Source of the DNA: an uncultured Alphaproteobacteria bacterium
GTDB lineage: Bacteria; Pseudomonadota; Alphaproteobacteria; HIMB59; GCA-002718135
Length of the DNA: 64,000 bases
Reading direction: 5' to 3'
Assembly: GCA_902577945.1 (NCBI GenBank)
Contig: CACHBB010000001.1
Coordinates: 109,344 to 173,343 of the forward strand
Part shown: positions 50,857-60,233 of the stretch, in pieces
Layout of the letters: every line of letters begins with the position of its first letter
Position numbering within the stretch: position 1 is the stretch's first letter
Position numbers and translations under genes: made by a program
The notes under the pieces: model-generated
What the model saw: only the letters and a program-made list of their open reading frames with translations
Databases searched by the model: none
Told to the model about the DNA's origin: nothing

Positions 50857-51080
50857 GTTAGCAAATAAATATATCCAAAAATAAATAGTGGGAGTTGTAA
50901 ACCAAAGTTTGTGAGCAGAGCTCTATCTTTTGTCATATAACCAACAATTGACCAACCAACAGCACCTGTACCGTGAATAATTATGTTAATTGGATAGGCA
51001 TTTAAATTTGTTAATAATATTCCTGATAATATTAACGCGGTGCTAAACCACTTTATTCTATTGATTGACAGATCTGTCAT
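50853..51080 (-). CDS. Small membrane protein (DUF6552-like)
   Basis: Three short hydrophobic segments; IKW, YP.NI, W..VG...DRAL. Confidence 0.6.
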   Translation of the reverse strand: MTDLSINRIKWFSTALILSGILLTNLNAYPINIIIHGTGAVGWSIVGYMTKDRALLTNFGLQLPLFIFGYIYLLT

Positions 51081-51118
51081 ATTTTCTCCTTACTTCTATA
51101 AATTATAAATATTACACT

Positions 51119-51643
51119 TTAATTTAATGCTCTGTAGGAAAAAATAAAATCTTCTTGGATTTTTGATTCAATAGCTCCTTTTCTTCTTGATCGCACTAAA
51201 TCAATAGCTTCTTGTTTTTCATAGTTAAATTCAATAAGTAAAATAGCAGCTATAGTGCCAGCTCTTCCTTTTCCCCCGCGGCAATGTAAAACTATATTTT
51301 TGCCATCTATTAATTCGTTTTTTAGCAAAACTTTTGTTGTCTCCCATTTATATTTAAAGTCTTTATCTGGTGCTCCCATGTCATAGATGGGTAAATGGTA
51401 CCAATGTAATTTATGTTCATAAATACTTTTGACAAATAGAGTTTTATTACACAATTTTTCAAATTCGCTATCTTCAACAAAAGAAGTAATGGAGCTACAA
51501 TTATTATCTTTAAATAATTCTAATTCCTTTTTTAAAATTTTTTCTTCAAACAAACCATTCGAATTTAGGCCTGGGAAAGAAGTTAATATAATTTTGCCTG
51601 CAAATGACTTTGAATCTATAAAATCATAGTTGCTAAATTGCAT
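51119..51643 (-). CDS. Dual-specificity/CDKN3-like cysteine phosphatase
   Basis: HLPIYDMGAP acid loop, HCRGGKGRAG (Cx5R), R.GAIE...Q. Confidence 0.88.
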   Translation of the reverse strand: MQFSNYDFIDSKSFAGKIILTSFPGLNSNGLFEEKILKKELELFKDNNCSSITSFVEDSEFEKLCNKTLFVKSIYEHKLHWYHLPIYDMGAPDKDFKYKWETTKVLLKNELIDGKNIVLHCRGGKGRAGTIAAILLIEFNYEKQEAIDLVRSRRKGAIESKIQEDFIFSYRALN

Positions 51644-52219
51644 TTATGCTTGTTTAGCTAAAAAAGATTTTCTTGCATCTTCTAAATAGGGACGAAAATG
51701 TTCAACATCGGGAGTTTTTTTATCTAAAATTTTTGCTAAATCATCAAATCTTCGAAGCTCTACTGCTTTATCCATAAAAGGTTTACTAATAAAATCATCT
51801 GCTTCTTCTTTTGTAAAAGGACCACCTTGAACTTTTAACGAAAGCTTTGATGCCTCTGATAAACTCTCATAATAACCCTCTTCTACACTTGATAAATATC
51901 TTTTTGAATCAACATGCGCTCTGATTGGTAAAATAACATCTTCACCAAAATATTTTTTTAAAAAATCCGCACCTAAATTTTCGTGATGACCATCTTTACC
52001 CTCGTGGATGGGATCGCCGTCTTCATATATGAGATGCCCTATATCATGGAGCAGGGCAGCTGCTATTGTTGGACCAGGTAATTTATGTTGTTCTGCCAAT
52101 TCAGCACATTGAAGGGCGTGCTCAAGTTGTGTCACATCCTCATTACCATATTGAATATCAGCACCTTTTGTTTTCAAAAGATCTAAGAGATAATCTACAA
52201 TATTTTCTTCCATCCTCAT
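51644..52219 (-). CDS. phnZ: Phosphonate-degrading HD-domain oxygenase (PhnZ/TmpB-like)
   Basis: EDVTQLEHALQCA, ALLHDIGH, HVDSKRYL, SLKVQGGP, LRRFDD. Confidence 0.85.
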   Translation of the reverse strand: MRMEENIVDYLLDLLKTKGADIQYGNEDVTQLEHALQCAELAEQHKLPGPTIAAALLHDIGHLIYEDGDPIHEGKDGHHENLGADFLKKYFGEDVILPIRAHVDSKRYLSSVEEGYYESLSEASKLSLKVQGGPFTKEEADDFISKPFMDKAVELRRFDDLAKILDKKTPDVEHFRPYLEDARKSFLAKQA

Positions 52220-52307
52220 TCATAATTAACTTATTAGAAAATAAATTCAATTCCAACTTTAATAAGATTGATCAAATTTATAATAATATTTATGAAGTAA
52301 ATATTTA

Positions 52308-53405
52308 ATGGATAAAAAATTATTAACCCCCGGCCCTCTCACGACATCGATGTCAACAAAAGAGGCTATGCTTCATGATTGGGGTTCGAGAGATACAAAA
52401 TTTATTAATCTCAATGCATCAATTAGAGATTCTCTTGTTAAATTAATAGACGGTGAAGATAAATATCAATGTGTTCCAATGCAGGGAAGTGGAACTTTTG
52501 CTGTAGAGTCGATGGTGAGCTCTCTTACTCAAAAAGATTCTAAAATTCTGATTCTGATCAATGGTGCTTACGGACAAAGAATGAAAAAAATGTGCACATA
52601 TTTAGGGAGAGATTTTATTGAATATGAAGTTGCTGAACATGAAGTACATGACATCAATAAAATTGAAGAGTTAATTGATAGCAACAACTTAACACACGTC
52701 TTTGCTGTATATTGTGAAACAACATCGGGTATTTTAAATCCTATTGAAGACATTGCAAAATTGGTTGAAGGGAAAAATTTATCGTTATTCATCGATGCAA
52801 TGAGTGCCTTTGGTGCATTACCCTTAAGTTCTAAAACAATTACTTTTGACGCTGTAGCCGCTTCATCAAACAAATGCTTAGAAGGTGTGCCAGGTGTTGG
52901 TTTCATTCTTGTAAAAAATGAAGTTATTCAAAATGCAAAAGGCAATAGTCACTCACTAAGTCTAGACTTGTATGATCAATGGCAAGCAATGGAAAAAAAT
53001 AAACAATGGCGATTTACACCTCCAACACACGTATTAGCTGCATTCAACCAAGCTATTGAAGAACATAAAGAACAAGGTGGGGTAGAGGGAAGAGGTAAAA
53101 GATATAAAAAAAATTGTGAAATTATTTGTAATGGAATGAAAGAGTTGGGATTTGAGCAACTACTTCCTGATAATTTACAAGCACCAATTATTATTACTTT
53201 TAAACAACCTAATGATCCTAAATTTAACTTTGAGCAATTTTATAATGCTCTTAGTGAAAAAGATTTTTTAATTTATCCAGGAAAACTAACAGTGGCAGAA
53301 ACTTTTAGAATTGGGTGTATTGGTAATTTAAATGAACAAGACATGATGGATACAATAAAAGCTGTAAAAGAAGTTGTTACTGAGTTGGGACTAACATTAA
53401 ACTAA
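52308..53405 (+). CDS. phnW: 2-aminoethylphosphonate--pyruvate transaminase
   Basis: LLTPGPLTTS, DWGSRD, QGSGTFAVE, DAMSAFG, SSNKCLEGVPG, QWRFTPPTH, IYPGKL. Confidence 0.96.
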   Translation: MDKKLLTPGPLTTSMSTKEAMLHDWGSRDTKFINLNASIRDSLVKLIDGEDKYQCVPMQGSGTFAVESMVSSLTQKDSKILILINGAYGQRMKKMCTYLGRDFIEYEVAEHEVHDINKIEELIDSNNLTHVFAVYCETTSGILNPIEDIAKLVEGKNLSLFIDAMSAFGALPLSSKTITFDAVAASSNKCLEGVPGVGFILVKNEVIQNAKGNSHSLSLDLYDQWQAMEKNKQWRFTPPTHVLAAFNQAIEEHKEQGGVEGRGKRYKKNCEIICNGMKELGFEQLLPDNLQAPIIITFKQPNDPKFNFEQFYNALSEKDFLIYPGKLTVAETFRIGCIGNLNEQDMMDTIKAVKEVVTELGLTLN

Positions 53406-53412
53406 CAAAACA

Positions 53413-54045
53413 ATGACAAAAGAAATTGAAATACCTTTAGTTAAAGCAACAAATGAAAATCTTAAAGGATATGGGTATTTAATCGATAGTTTTGAAAATA
53501 GTGATATTGAAATTGTTACTTGGCCAAAACAAGGATGGCGCGAAATAGAAGAGGGAACTGGTAATGAAGGTGGAACTACCGAAGGCTCTTTTGATACCTG
53601 GTGGCAAGGTGACGTGCTTTATGGGCAAAATAATGCTGTTCAACATAAAAGTGATTATGAAGTAGATGGAAAATATATACTGGGTTATGCCAATAATCCT
53701 GATCAAGAATTACAAAAAGATAAATATTCAGATCCAACAAAAATTTTTTTATGGCATGCAAATTATCATCCTGATGGAGGTCAGCTTTTCTTTCCTGAAG
53801 AAAATAAACCATTTATTTGTCCTTTAGCCTTACCGACAGACGACATTGAACCAGAACATTTTAAAGCATTTTATTGTGACGGATCAAAAGGTTTGTATAT
53901 TCATCCAAATATTTGGCATGAAGGGGTGTTTCCAGTTACAGAAAAACAATCTTTTCAAGGAAAACAAGGTAAAGTACATGCAAGAGTTAGTATTGATTTA
54001 AAAGAAGAGTTTTACAAATATATCTTTTTTAAAACTAGAATTTAA
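53413..54045 (+). CDS. Ureidoglycolate-lyase-like cupin protein
   Basis: AT.ENL.GYG, NYHPDGGQLFFP, YIHPNIWH. Confidence 0.65.
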   Translation: MTKEIEIPLVKATNENLKGYGYLIDSFENSDIEIVTWPKQGWREIEEGTGNEGGTTEGSFDTWWQGDVLYGQNNAVQHKSDYEVDGKYILGYANNPDQELQKDKYSDPTKIFLWHANYHPDGGQLFFPEENKPFICPLALPTDDIEPEHFKAFYCDGSKGLYIHPNIWHEGVFPVTEKQSFQGKQGKVHARVSIDLKEEFYKYIFFKTRI

Positions 54046-54056
54046 TTGGTAATAGA

Positions 54057-54866
54057 TTATTTTATACCCGAAGTTGCAAAACTCTCTACAAACTGTCTTT
54101 GAAAAATAATAAATGCAATTATTAGTGGTGCGGTTACCATTAATGTCCCTGCGCTTATAGTAGCCCACTCGATACCTGATTCCTCCATAGAAAAGATAGC
54201 TAAACCAACATTTAAAATTCTAGTTTCCTCTGAGTTAGTTATTATTAAAGGCCACAAATAATTATTCCAATGATAAGATATTGATACAAGTCCATAAGCT
54301 AAAAAAGTAGGTATAGATAATGGTATGTAAACATGCCATAAAATTCGTAATGCTCCAGCACCATCAATCCTCGCAGAATCATCTAGCTCTTTTGGAACAG
54401 TTTTGAAAGCTTGTCTTAAAACAAAAATTCCAAAAGCAGATGCAATGTAGGGAAGGCTAATTGCAGGAATGGTATCTATCAAATTTAAGAATTTAATTGT
54501 TTTATAATTTTCGATAAGAATGATTTCTGGATTAATCATTAGTTGAATTAAAACTAATCCAAAAAGTATGTTCCTAAAAGGAAACTCATATCTTGCAAAA
54601 GCAAATGCAGTCAGAGAACATAAGATAAACTGGCATGAAGTGGTCATTGTAACGTATATAAATGTGTTGAACATATATCTTGCAAAAGGAGCTTGTGACC
54701 AAGCATTTTCAAAATTGTATAAGGTCAGAGGGGCAAACAAATCAAATTTAACTTGATATTCTATTGGGTGTATCGAAGCCCAGATTGCATATAAGAGCGG
54801 TAGTAACCATAAAAATCCAAGTAACCAAGCACCAATAATATTAATATTTTTATAGAATGAATACAT
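54057..54866 (-). CDS. CUT1/UgpE-like ABC permease
   Basis: AFAFAR, LRQAFKTVPKELDDSARIDGA, WNNYLWPL. Confidence 0.9.
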   Translation of the reverse strand: MYSFYKNINIIGAWLLGFLWLLPLLYAIWASIHPIEYQVKFDLFAPLTLYNFENAWSQAPFARYMFNTFIYVTMTTSCQFILCSLTAFAFARYEFPFRNILFGLVLIQLMINPEIILIENYKTIKFLNLIDTIPAISLPYIASAFGIFVLRQAFKTVPKELDDSARIDGAGALRILWHVYIPLSIPTFLAYGLVSISYHWNNYLWPLIITNSEETRILNVGLAIFSMEESGIEWATISAGTLMVTAPLIIAFIIFQRQFVESFATSGIK

Positions 54867-54868
54867 TT

Positions 54869-55747
54869 TTATTGGTAATGGACCTTTCTATCCAATAAAA
54901 AAATTTGACCAATTCCTATTATTGACAATAATATAATTAGTAAAACCGATAATGTTATTGCGTATGCTGTATCCCAAAATTCAAAACCATTCTCATAAAT
55001 ATAATAGAGTAATAAAGCGCTGTTGTAATTTGGACCTCCACCAGTCATAGTGAATAAATGTTCTATTCGTGTAAAGGCAGTAATTACTGCATTGACTGAA
55101 ACAAATAATAAGGTTGGTGTTATCATTGGTAGTGTAATTTTGTAAAACATTTGCCAACTATTAGCCCCTTCAATAATTGCTGCCTCTTTCATTTCCCTAG
55201 GTATTCCTTGAAGAGCAGCTAGAAAAAAAATCATGTAAAAACCAGACTCTTTCCAAATACTTACAGCAATAATACCCCATAAAACTTGATCAGGGTTTCC
55301 TAAAATATTTGTATTTTGGAAACCAAATAAAGATCCAACTTGATCAATTAATCCAAAACCAGGAAGAAAAAAAAAGAGCCATATATTACCAACAGCTATT
55401 AAGGGTAAAACTACAGGTAAAAAATATGCAAAACGAAGCAATGGTCTACCGGGTAACTTGCTGTTTACCCATTGCGCCATAATTATTGCAATAATTATTG
55501 AAGATGGGATTGTAGAAATTGCATAAACAATATTGTTAGACATAACCTTCCAAAAAATGGGGTCTGAAAACATATGTTCATAATTTTCAATACCTTTAAA
55601 CTTACTTGGTTTTCTCCCTTTAGGAGTAGAAAAAAAACTCATATAAATTGTTTTAACAACAGGTATGTGAACAAAAGTTAATAATAATATGAATCCAGGC
55701 GATAAAAGTAAAATTACTGGTATATGTTTTTTAATTTTAGTTATCAT
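54869..55747 (-). CDS. CUT1/UgpA-like ABC permease
   Basis: WKESGFYM, LAALQGIP..EAA.IEGA, MTGGGP. Confidence 0.9.
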   Translation of the reverse strand: MITKIKKHIPVILLLSPGFILLLTFVHIPVVKTIYMSFFSTPKGRKPSKFKGIENYEHMFSDPIFWKVMSNNIVYAISTIPSSIIIAIIMAQWVNSKLPGRPLLRFAYFLPVVLPLIAVGNIWLFFFLPGFGLIDQVGSLFGFQNTNILGNPDQVLWGIIAVSIWKESGFYMIFFLAALQGIPREMKEAAIIEGANSWQMFYKITLPMITPTLLFVSVNAVITAFTRIEHLFTMTGGGPNYNSALLLYYIYENGFEFWDTAYAITLSVLLIILLSIIGIGQIFLLDRKVHYQ

Positions 55748-55782
55748 AAAAAAAACGGCACTATTATTAACTAGTGCCGTTT
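55748..55782 (-). terminator. Hairpin with T tail after the substrate-binding gene
   Basis: AAACGGCACTA-N8-TAGTGCCGTTT followed by T run. Confidence 0.75.
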
Positions 55783-55794
55783 GATATTTTTTCT

Positions 55795-57069
55795 TTATCT
55801 GTAATCTTTTAGTATTTTATCAATTTCGGCATGCGCCTCTAAAAGAGCAGTTTTAGGATCTTTTTCCCCAGCAACTGCTGCTTCTAACGCTCTATTAAAA
55901 ATTGAAACAGTTTTAGGTTGCTCGTAGGTCGAAAATTCTGGACCTGCATACTCCAACTGATCTCTTGCAACAGCTGGATATGGAAATTCTTTTAAAAATT
56001 CTTTCATTTCATCAGACTCCCAAGTCTCAGCTCTAGGTGCAACATAACCAGTGGCTTTTGTCCAGGCAACAGACTGTTTAGGTTCTGTTATCCATTTTAC
56101 AAAGTCTTTTGTTGCTTGCTGTTCCTCTTCTGTAGTGTCAATTGATAGATAAAAATTTCCTCCTCCAACTGGTGCTCCAAATTGTTTAATACCAGGAATG
56201 AAAGCTACACCCCAATCAAACGGAGCATTATTTCTGACGTTTGTCAGATTTCCAGTAGTAGTCCACATCATTGCAGTTTGACCCTCAAAAAATGCCTGTG
56301 GAGTAGATCCCCATTCAAGTATACCTGGTCTCATCACCCCTTCAGTAGTACTAAGAGCTACAAGTTTTTCTAATGCTTCAATGGCTTCTGGTGAGTTAAT
56401 ATATGTTTCAGTGCCATTATCGTTCATAATTTTTCCACCATTGCCATAAACAATTGCACTAAATAACCAGTATGGAAAACCAGCAGATGGAATTCTTATT
56501 CCGTATTGACTTACATTTCCATCAGAATCTTTGATTGTTAATTTTTTTGCAACTTCTAGCTGTTCATCCCAAGTCTTAGGTGGATTTTCAGGATCTAATC
56601 CCGCAGCTCTAAAAGCATCCTTATTGTAATAGAGTACTGGTGTTGATCTTTGAAATGGAATCCCATAAGTTTTACCATCAACTTGACCATTAGCCATAAA
56701 AGCAGGATAAAAACCACCTATCCAATTATCAATTTCGTCTTGAGTTAATATATCGTCCCAAGCCATTACACATTCTTCGTCTATATATTTAAAAATTGTA
56801 ACAGCAATCATAACTGATGTTGCAGGAGCTGTTCCAGATTTACATGCTGTTAGAAATTTAGTATCTGTATCTGTATAACTTCCTGTGAAAACAGCTTTCA
56901 CATTTACATCTGGATTTAATTTTGTGTAATCTTCTGCAAATTTCTCAATTGCCTGAGCAGCTCCACCACCTACAGCGACTGGAAAATAAAATTCTAGGTC
57001 AATAGCCCTTACACTTAATGATGTTATTACCACGGTTAAAGAGATAATAAGTAATTTAATTATATTCAT
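55795..57069 (-). CDS. UgpB-like ABC substrate-binding protein
   Basis: Signal peptide; YFPVAVGG, GIPFQRSTPVLYYNKDAF, GGGNFY, TGY. Confidence 0.85.
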   Translation of the reverse strand: MNIIKLLIISLTVVITSLSVRAIDLEFYFPVAVGGGAAQAIEKFAEDYTKLNPDVNVKAVFTGSYTDTDTKFLTACKSGTAPATSVMIAVTIFKYIDEECVMAWDDILTQDEIDNWIGGFYPAFMANGQVDGKTYGIPFQRSTPVLYYNKDAFRAAGLDPENPPKTWDEQLEVAKKLTIKDSDGNVSQYGIRIPSAGFPYWLFSAIVYGNGGKIMNDNGTETYINSPEAIEALEKLVALSTTEGVMRPGILEWGSTPQAFFEGQTAMMWTTTGNLTNVRNNAPFDWGVAFIPGIKQFGAPVGGGNFYLSIDTTEEEQQATKDFVKWITEPKQSVAWTKATGYVAPRAETWESDEMKEFLKEFPYPAVARDQLEYAGPEFSTYEQPKTVSIFNRALEAAVAGEKDPKTALLEAHAEIDKILKDYR

Positions 57070-57119
57070 TATAAATCTCCTATTTTTATCAATGAAAGTT
57101 TTTTGGGTAAGATATAAAT

Positions 57120-57137
57120 ATTAATATTTTGTTAAAT
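57120..57137 (-). promoter_or_regulatory. Pho-box-like site upstream of the UgpB-like gene
   Basis: ATTTAAC-AAAA-TATTAAT-N10-TACCCA. Confidence 0.45.
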
Positions 57138-57209
57138 TTTAACTAATTTATTTTAAATTTTTTAATTCTTTTTTATTATTTTTTTTTTATGTATATTTAG
57201 TAAATATTT

Positions 57210-58004
57210 ATGATGAAAATTATTCACCTCTCTGACCCCCATATTCATACAAATGAATTATTTGGCATAAACTCTGTAGAAAGATTCAAATGTGCTTTAG
57301 AACACATTGTTTTAAATCACCGTGATGCAGATATGTTTGCTATAACTGGTGATATAACAGACATTGGAGATGAAGATTCTTACAATCTGTTTAAAAAAAT
57401 AATAAAAGAATTTAATCTACCCCTAAACCTTGAACCAAAACTAATACCTGGTAATCATGACAATCGTGAAAATTTTAAAAAAACTTTAAATCATGTGCCA
57501 ACTGATAGTAATGGATTTATCCAATACTACGATGACTATAAGAATAATAGATTTATTTTTATAGATACTCTAGAGCACGGAACACACATTGGTCATTATA
57601 CGTTAAAAAGACAAGAATGGTTGATTGATCTTTTAAATAACACAGATGATAATAAAGAAATTTATATATTTATGCACCATAATCCATTGGCACTGGTTAG
57701 AGATGAAAGCGATGGTATTGGATTAAAACATAAAAAAGAATTTAAAGAAATATTGATTAGTAAAAAAAATATTAAACATATTTTTTTTGGTCATCAGCAT
57801 ATTACTAGTTCCGGATCATATCTTGGTATAAGTTTTTCCTCGCCAAGGAGCACATGGTCACCTCTAATACCAAATTTTTCATCTGAATATAGGCTTGGTT
57901 TAGCTAATACTGATCCAAATTACAATGTAGCAATTTTAAATAAAAATGGAATAGTAATTCATACTGAAGATTTTTTAAAAACAGAAGTTAATTGGTTTAA
58001 ATAA
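57210..58004 (+). CDS. Calcineurin-like phosphodiesterase (GpdQ/CpdA family)
   Basis: SDPH, TGDITD, PGNHD, MHH.P, FGHQH. Confidence 0.88.
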   Translation: MMKIIHLSDPHIHTNELFGINSVERFKCALEHIVLNHRDADMFAITGDITDIGDEDSYNLFKKIIKEFNLPLNLEPKLIPGNHDNRENFKKTLNHVPTDSNGFIQYYDDYKNNRFIFIDTLEHGTHIGHYTLKRQEWLIDLLNNTDDNKEIYIFMHHNPLALVRDESDGIGLKHKKEFKEILISKKNIKHIFFGHQHITSSGSYLGISFSSPRSTWSPLIPNFSSEYRLGLANTDPNYNVAILNKNGIVIHTEDFLKTEVNWFK

Positions 58005-58007
58005 AAA

Positions 58008-59114
58008 TTATTTTTTTTCGATTACAAATATTTCATTGTTAAAATAAAGACCTTTATTTTTAGCAACAATGTTTTGGACTACTTTTTCGTAATTTTTTGT
58101 TTTTTCTACCTTCATTACTTTTTCGTCATCCATTTGATTGACATATATGGAGGCATTCCAAGCAGAAAAAACTAATGATGTCGCTATACCTCCACTGATT
58201 TCTGTTGGTAGAGCTCTCAATTTACACTTAATAATTCTTTTTTCTCCAAAAGATAATCTACTTAATAAATCTTTATTTAAATTTTTCTTAAGATAGGAAA
58301 TGATACTATTTCCAAGAGAAGGAAAAGGGTCCTCTTTTGGCCAAATTTTACGAATTATTTCATTAGCAGGATCTTTTCCTGAAGCATGAATAGTTAATAA
58401 TTTCCCTTTTGATTTTAACGCTCGAATCATTGGTTCGATGACATATTTTGATTTCTTTTCTGCTGAAATTCTTGAACGATAAGGCTGTGAAGCAATAATA
58501 AGATCAAATTTATTATCTGATTTTTTTTTAGTTGGTATTAATTCATTAACATTAAATTCTTGATCTTCACGGTAAATAACCATGACTGAAGGCTCCTTAT
58601 AAGTATGGTTACCTGACTTTTTATTAATTTCTATATTCCATTTTTTTTCTAAAAATTCATTTTGTTTTCTTAATTGTTGGGCAAATTCAAGAGAGGTGTC
58701 ACCTTTCAATTTAATAATATTCCAATTAATTTTTTTCTGTTTAACGTCATTTTTTGATTTTAGGTTTGCGGCTTCAGCGTAGTGTAGATTTGAAATGACA
58801 AAAACAGTATTCTTATGCTCAACAAACCTATCGGGTAATTTTTCCAAACCTAATCTTACATCTTCTATGCTTATTTCTTTTGTGCAAACTAATAGAGGTA
58901 CGTTAGGCTTAGCCTCGTGGCACTGACGCATAACATTCATAAGTAAGGAACCATCACCCATACCAGCATCAAATATTTTTATACCAGGTTTTTGAGGTTT
59001 AATTTTATTTACGTGAGGGCGTATCGCATCAGCAATTTGATTTTTTTCATTTGTTGTTGTGACAAATAATAAGTATTTTTGTCTGTTATCATAAAACCTG
59101 AAATTTTTTTTCAT
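58008..59114 (-). CDS. Hypothetical protein with SAM-methyltransferase-like motifs
   Basis: IFDAGMGDG glycine loop, FDLIIASQPY. Confidence 0.55.
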   Translation of the reverse strand: MKKNFRFYDNRQKYLLFVTTTNEKNQIADAIRPHVNKIKPQKPGIKIFDAGMGDGSLLMNVMRQCHEAKPNVPLLVCTKEISIEDVRLGLEKLPDRFVEHKNTVFVISNLHYAEAANLKSKNDVKQKKINWNIIKLKGDTSLEFAQQLRKQNEFLEKKWNIEINKKSGNHTYKEPSVMVIYREDQEFNVNELIPTKKKSDNKFDLIIASQPYRSRISAEKKSKYVIEPMIRALKSKGKLLTIHASGKDPANEIIRKIWPKEDPFPSLGNSIISYLKKNLNKDLLSRLSFGEKRIIKCKLRALPTEISGGIATSLVFSAWNASIYVNQMDDEKVMKVEKTKNYEKVVQNIVAKNKGLYFNNEIFVIEKK

Positions 59115-59116
59115 TA

Positions 59117-60229
59117 CTAATAAAGTCCCATTGATTTAGCAGAAGAGATGAAGGCTTCTTTATTGCCAATAAAGTTTTTACCTCGTTCCCCTAAAAACGC
59201 ATCATCTACTATATTATTCCATTCTTGAACAGGAACTTTTATTTCATTTAAGTTTAGAGGAACCTCTAAAGAACGCATAAATTCACTCAGATGATTTGCG
59301 GCATTCTCTAGGTTATCGTTAAAAATTAATTTTAGTCTCTCCTCAGCGACACTATCAATTCCAACCATACTTTTAGTAATCATGGGTAATGTAAATGAGC
59401 AAGCAATACCATGTTGAATGCCATAATTGAGCGTCACAGGGTATGATAGATTGTGCGCAATAGCAGTTTTCGTATTGGAAAACGCTAAGCCAGCATGAAC
59501 GCATGCCAGTGCAATGTTTGAACGTAATACAACATTTCTTAAATCTTTAGCGAGAAGTGGTAAATTTTCTAATACTAATTTTGATGCTTGTATTGCATGA
59601 GAAGCAGAAATTGGGTTTGCATTAATATTCCAAATACTTTCCATTGAATGAGAGAGAGCATCTAAACCTGTTGAAATGGTCAAGCCTAAAGGCTTATCAA
59701 CCATAATTGATGTATCGATAATTGCTTTTTCTGCATAAAGAGATTTATGCGCCAAAGATAATTTATTATTTTTTTCTTTATCCCATATTGTGGCCCAACA
59801 CGTAAGCTCACTTGATGTTCCTGATGTTGTAGGTATTGCAATAATCTTAATTGGATTTTCTACTCTTGGACTTTTCTTATTGCGAACAAAATCTGTTAGA
59901 TATTCTTGTTTATCTTTAAATGCAGCAATTGCTTTAGCTGTGTCTGTAACAGAGCCACCACCTATAGCTAAAATATAATCTACCGATTCATTAATTGAAG
60001 AAAATTTATTTTGTAGCTCTAAAATATCCTTATAATCTGGATTAGGCTGAACATCGGTCATAATGGATAAAGGTGGATTTGAAGAAGATTTTAATTCATC
60101 GCTATATTTTTTAAAAATTTCTTCTGGATGAGTGATTATGATGTACTTTTTATTTTTAACAGCATCATGTACTTCTTTAAATCTATTTTCTCCAAAGATA
60201 ATTTCAACAGGGTTAAAATAATTCCACAT
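59117..60229 (-). CDS. Iron-containing alcohol dehydrogenase, phosphonate-associated (PsrA/phosphonoacetaldehyde reductase-like)
   Basis: NP, GGGS.TD.AK, PTTSGTSSE.T.WATIWD, DALSHSME, AHNLSY, HG.AC. Confidence 0.82.
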   Translation of the reverse strand: MWNYFNPVEIIFGENRFKEVHDAVKNKKYIIITHPEEIFKKYSDELKSSSNPPLSIMTDVQPNPDYKDILELQNKFSSINESVDYILAIGGGSVTDTAKAIAAFKDKQEYLTDFVRNKKSPRVENPIKIIAIPTTSGTSSELTCWATIWDKEKNNKLSLAHKSLYAEKAIIDTSIMVDKPLGLTISTGLDALSHSMESIWNINANPISASHAIQASKLVLENLPLLAKDLRNVVLRSNIALACVHAGLAFSNTKTAIAHNLSYPVTLNYGIQHGIACSFTLPMITKSMVGIDSVAEERLKLIFNDNLENAANHLSEFMRSLEVPLNLNEIKVPVQEWNNIVDDAFLGERGKNFIGNKEAFISSAKSMGLY

Positions 60230-60233
60230 TACC

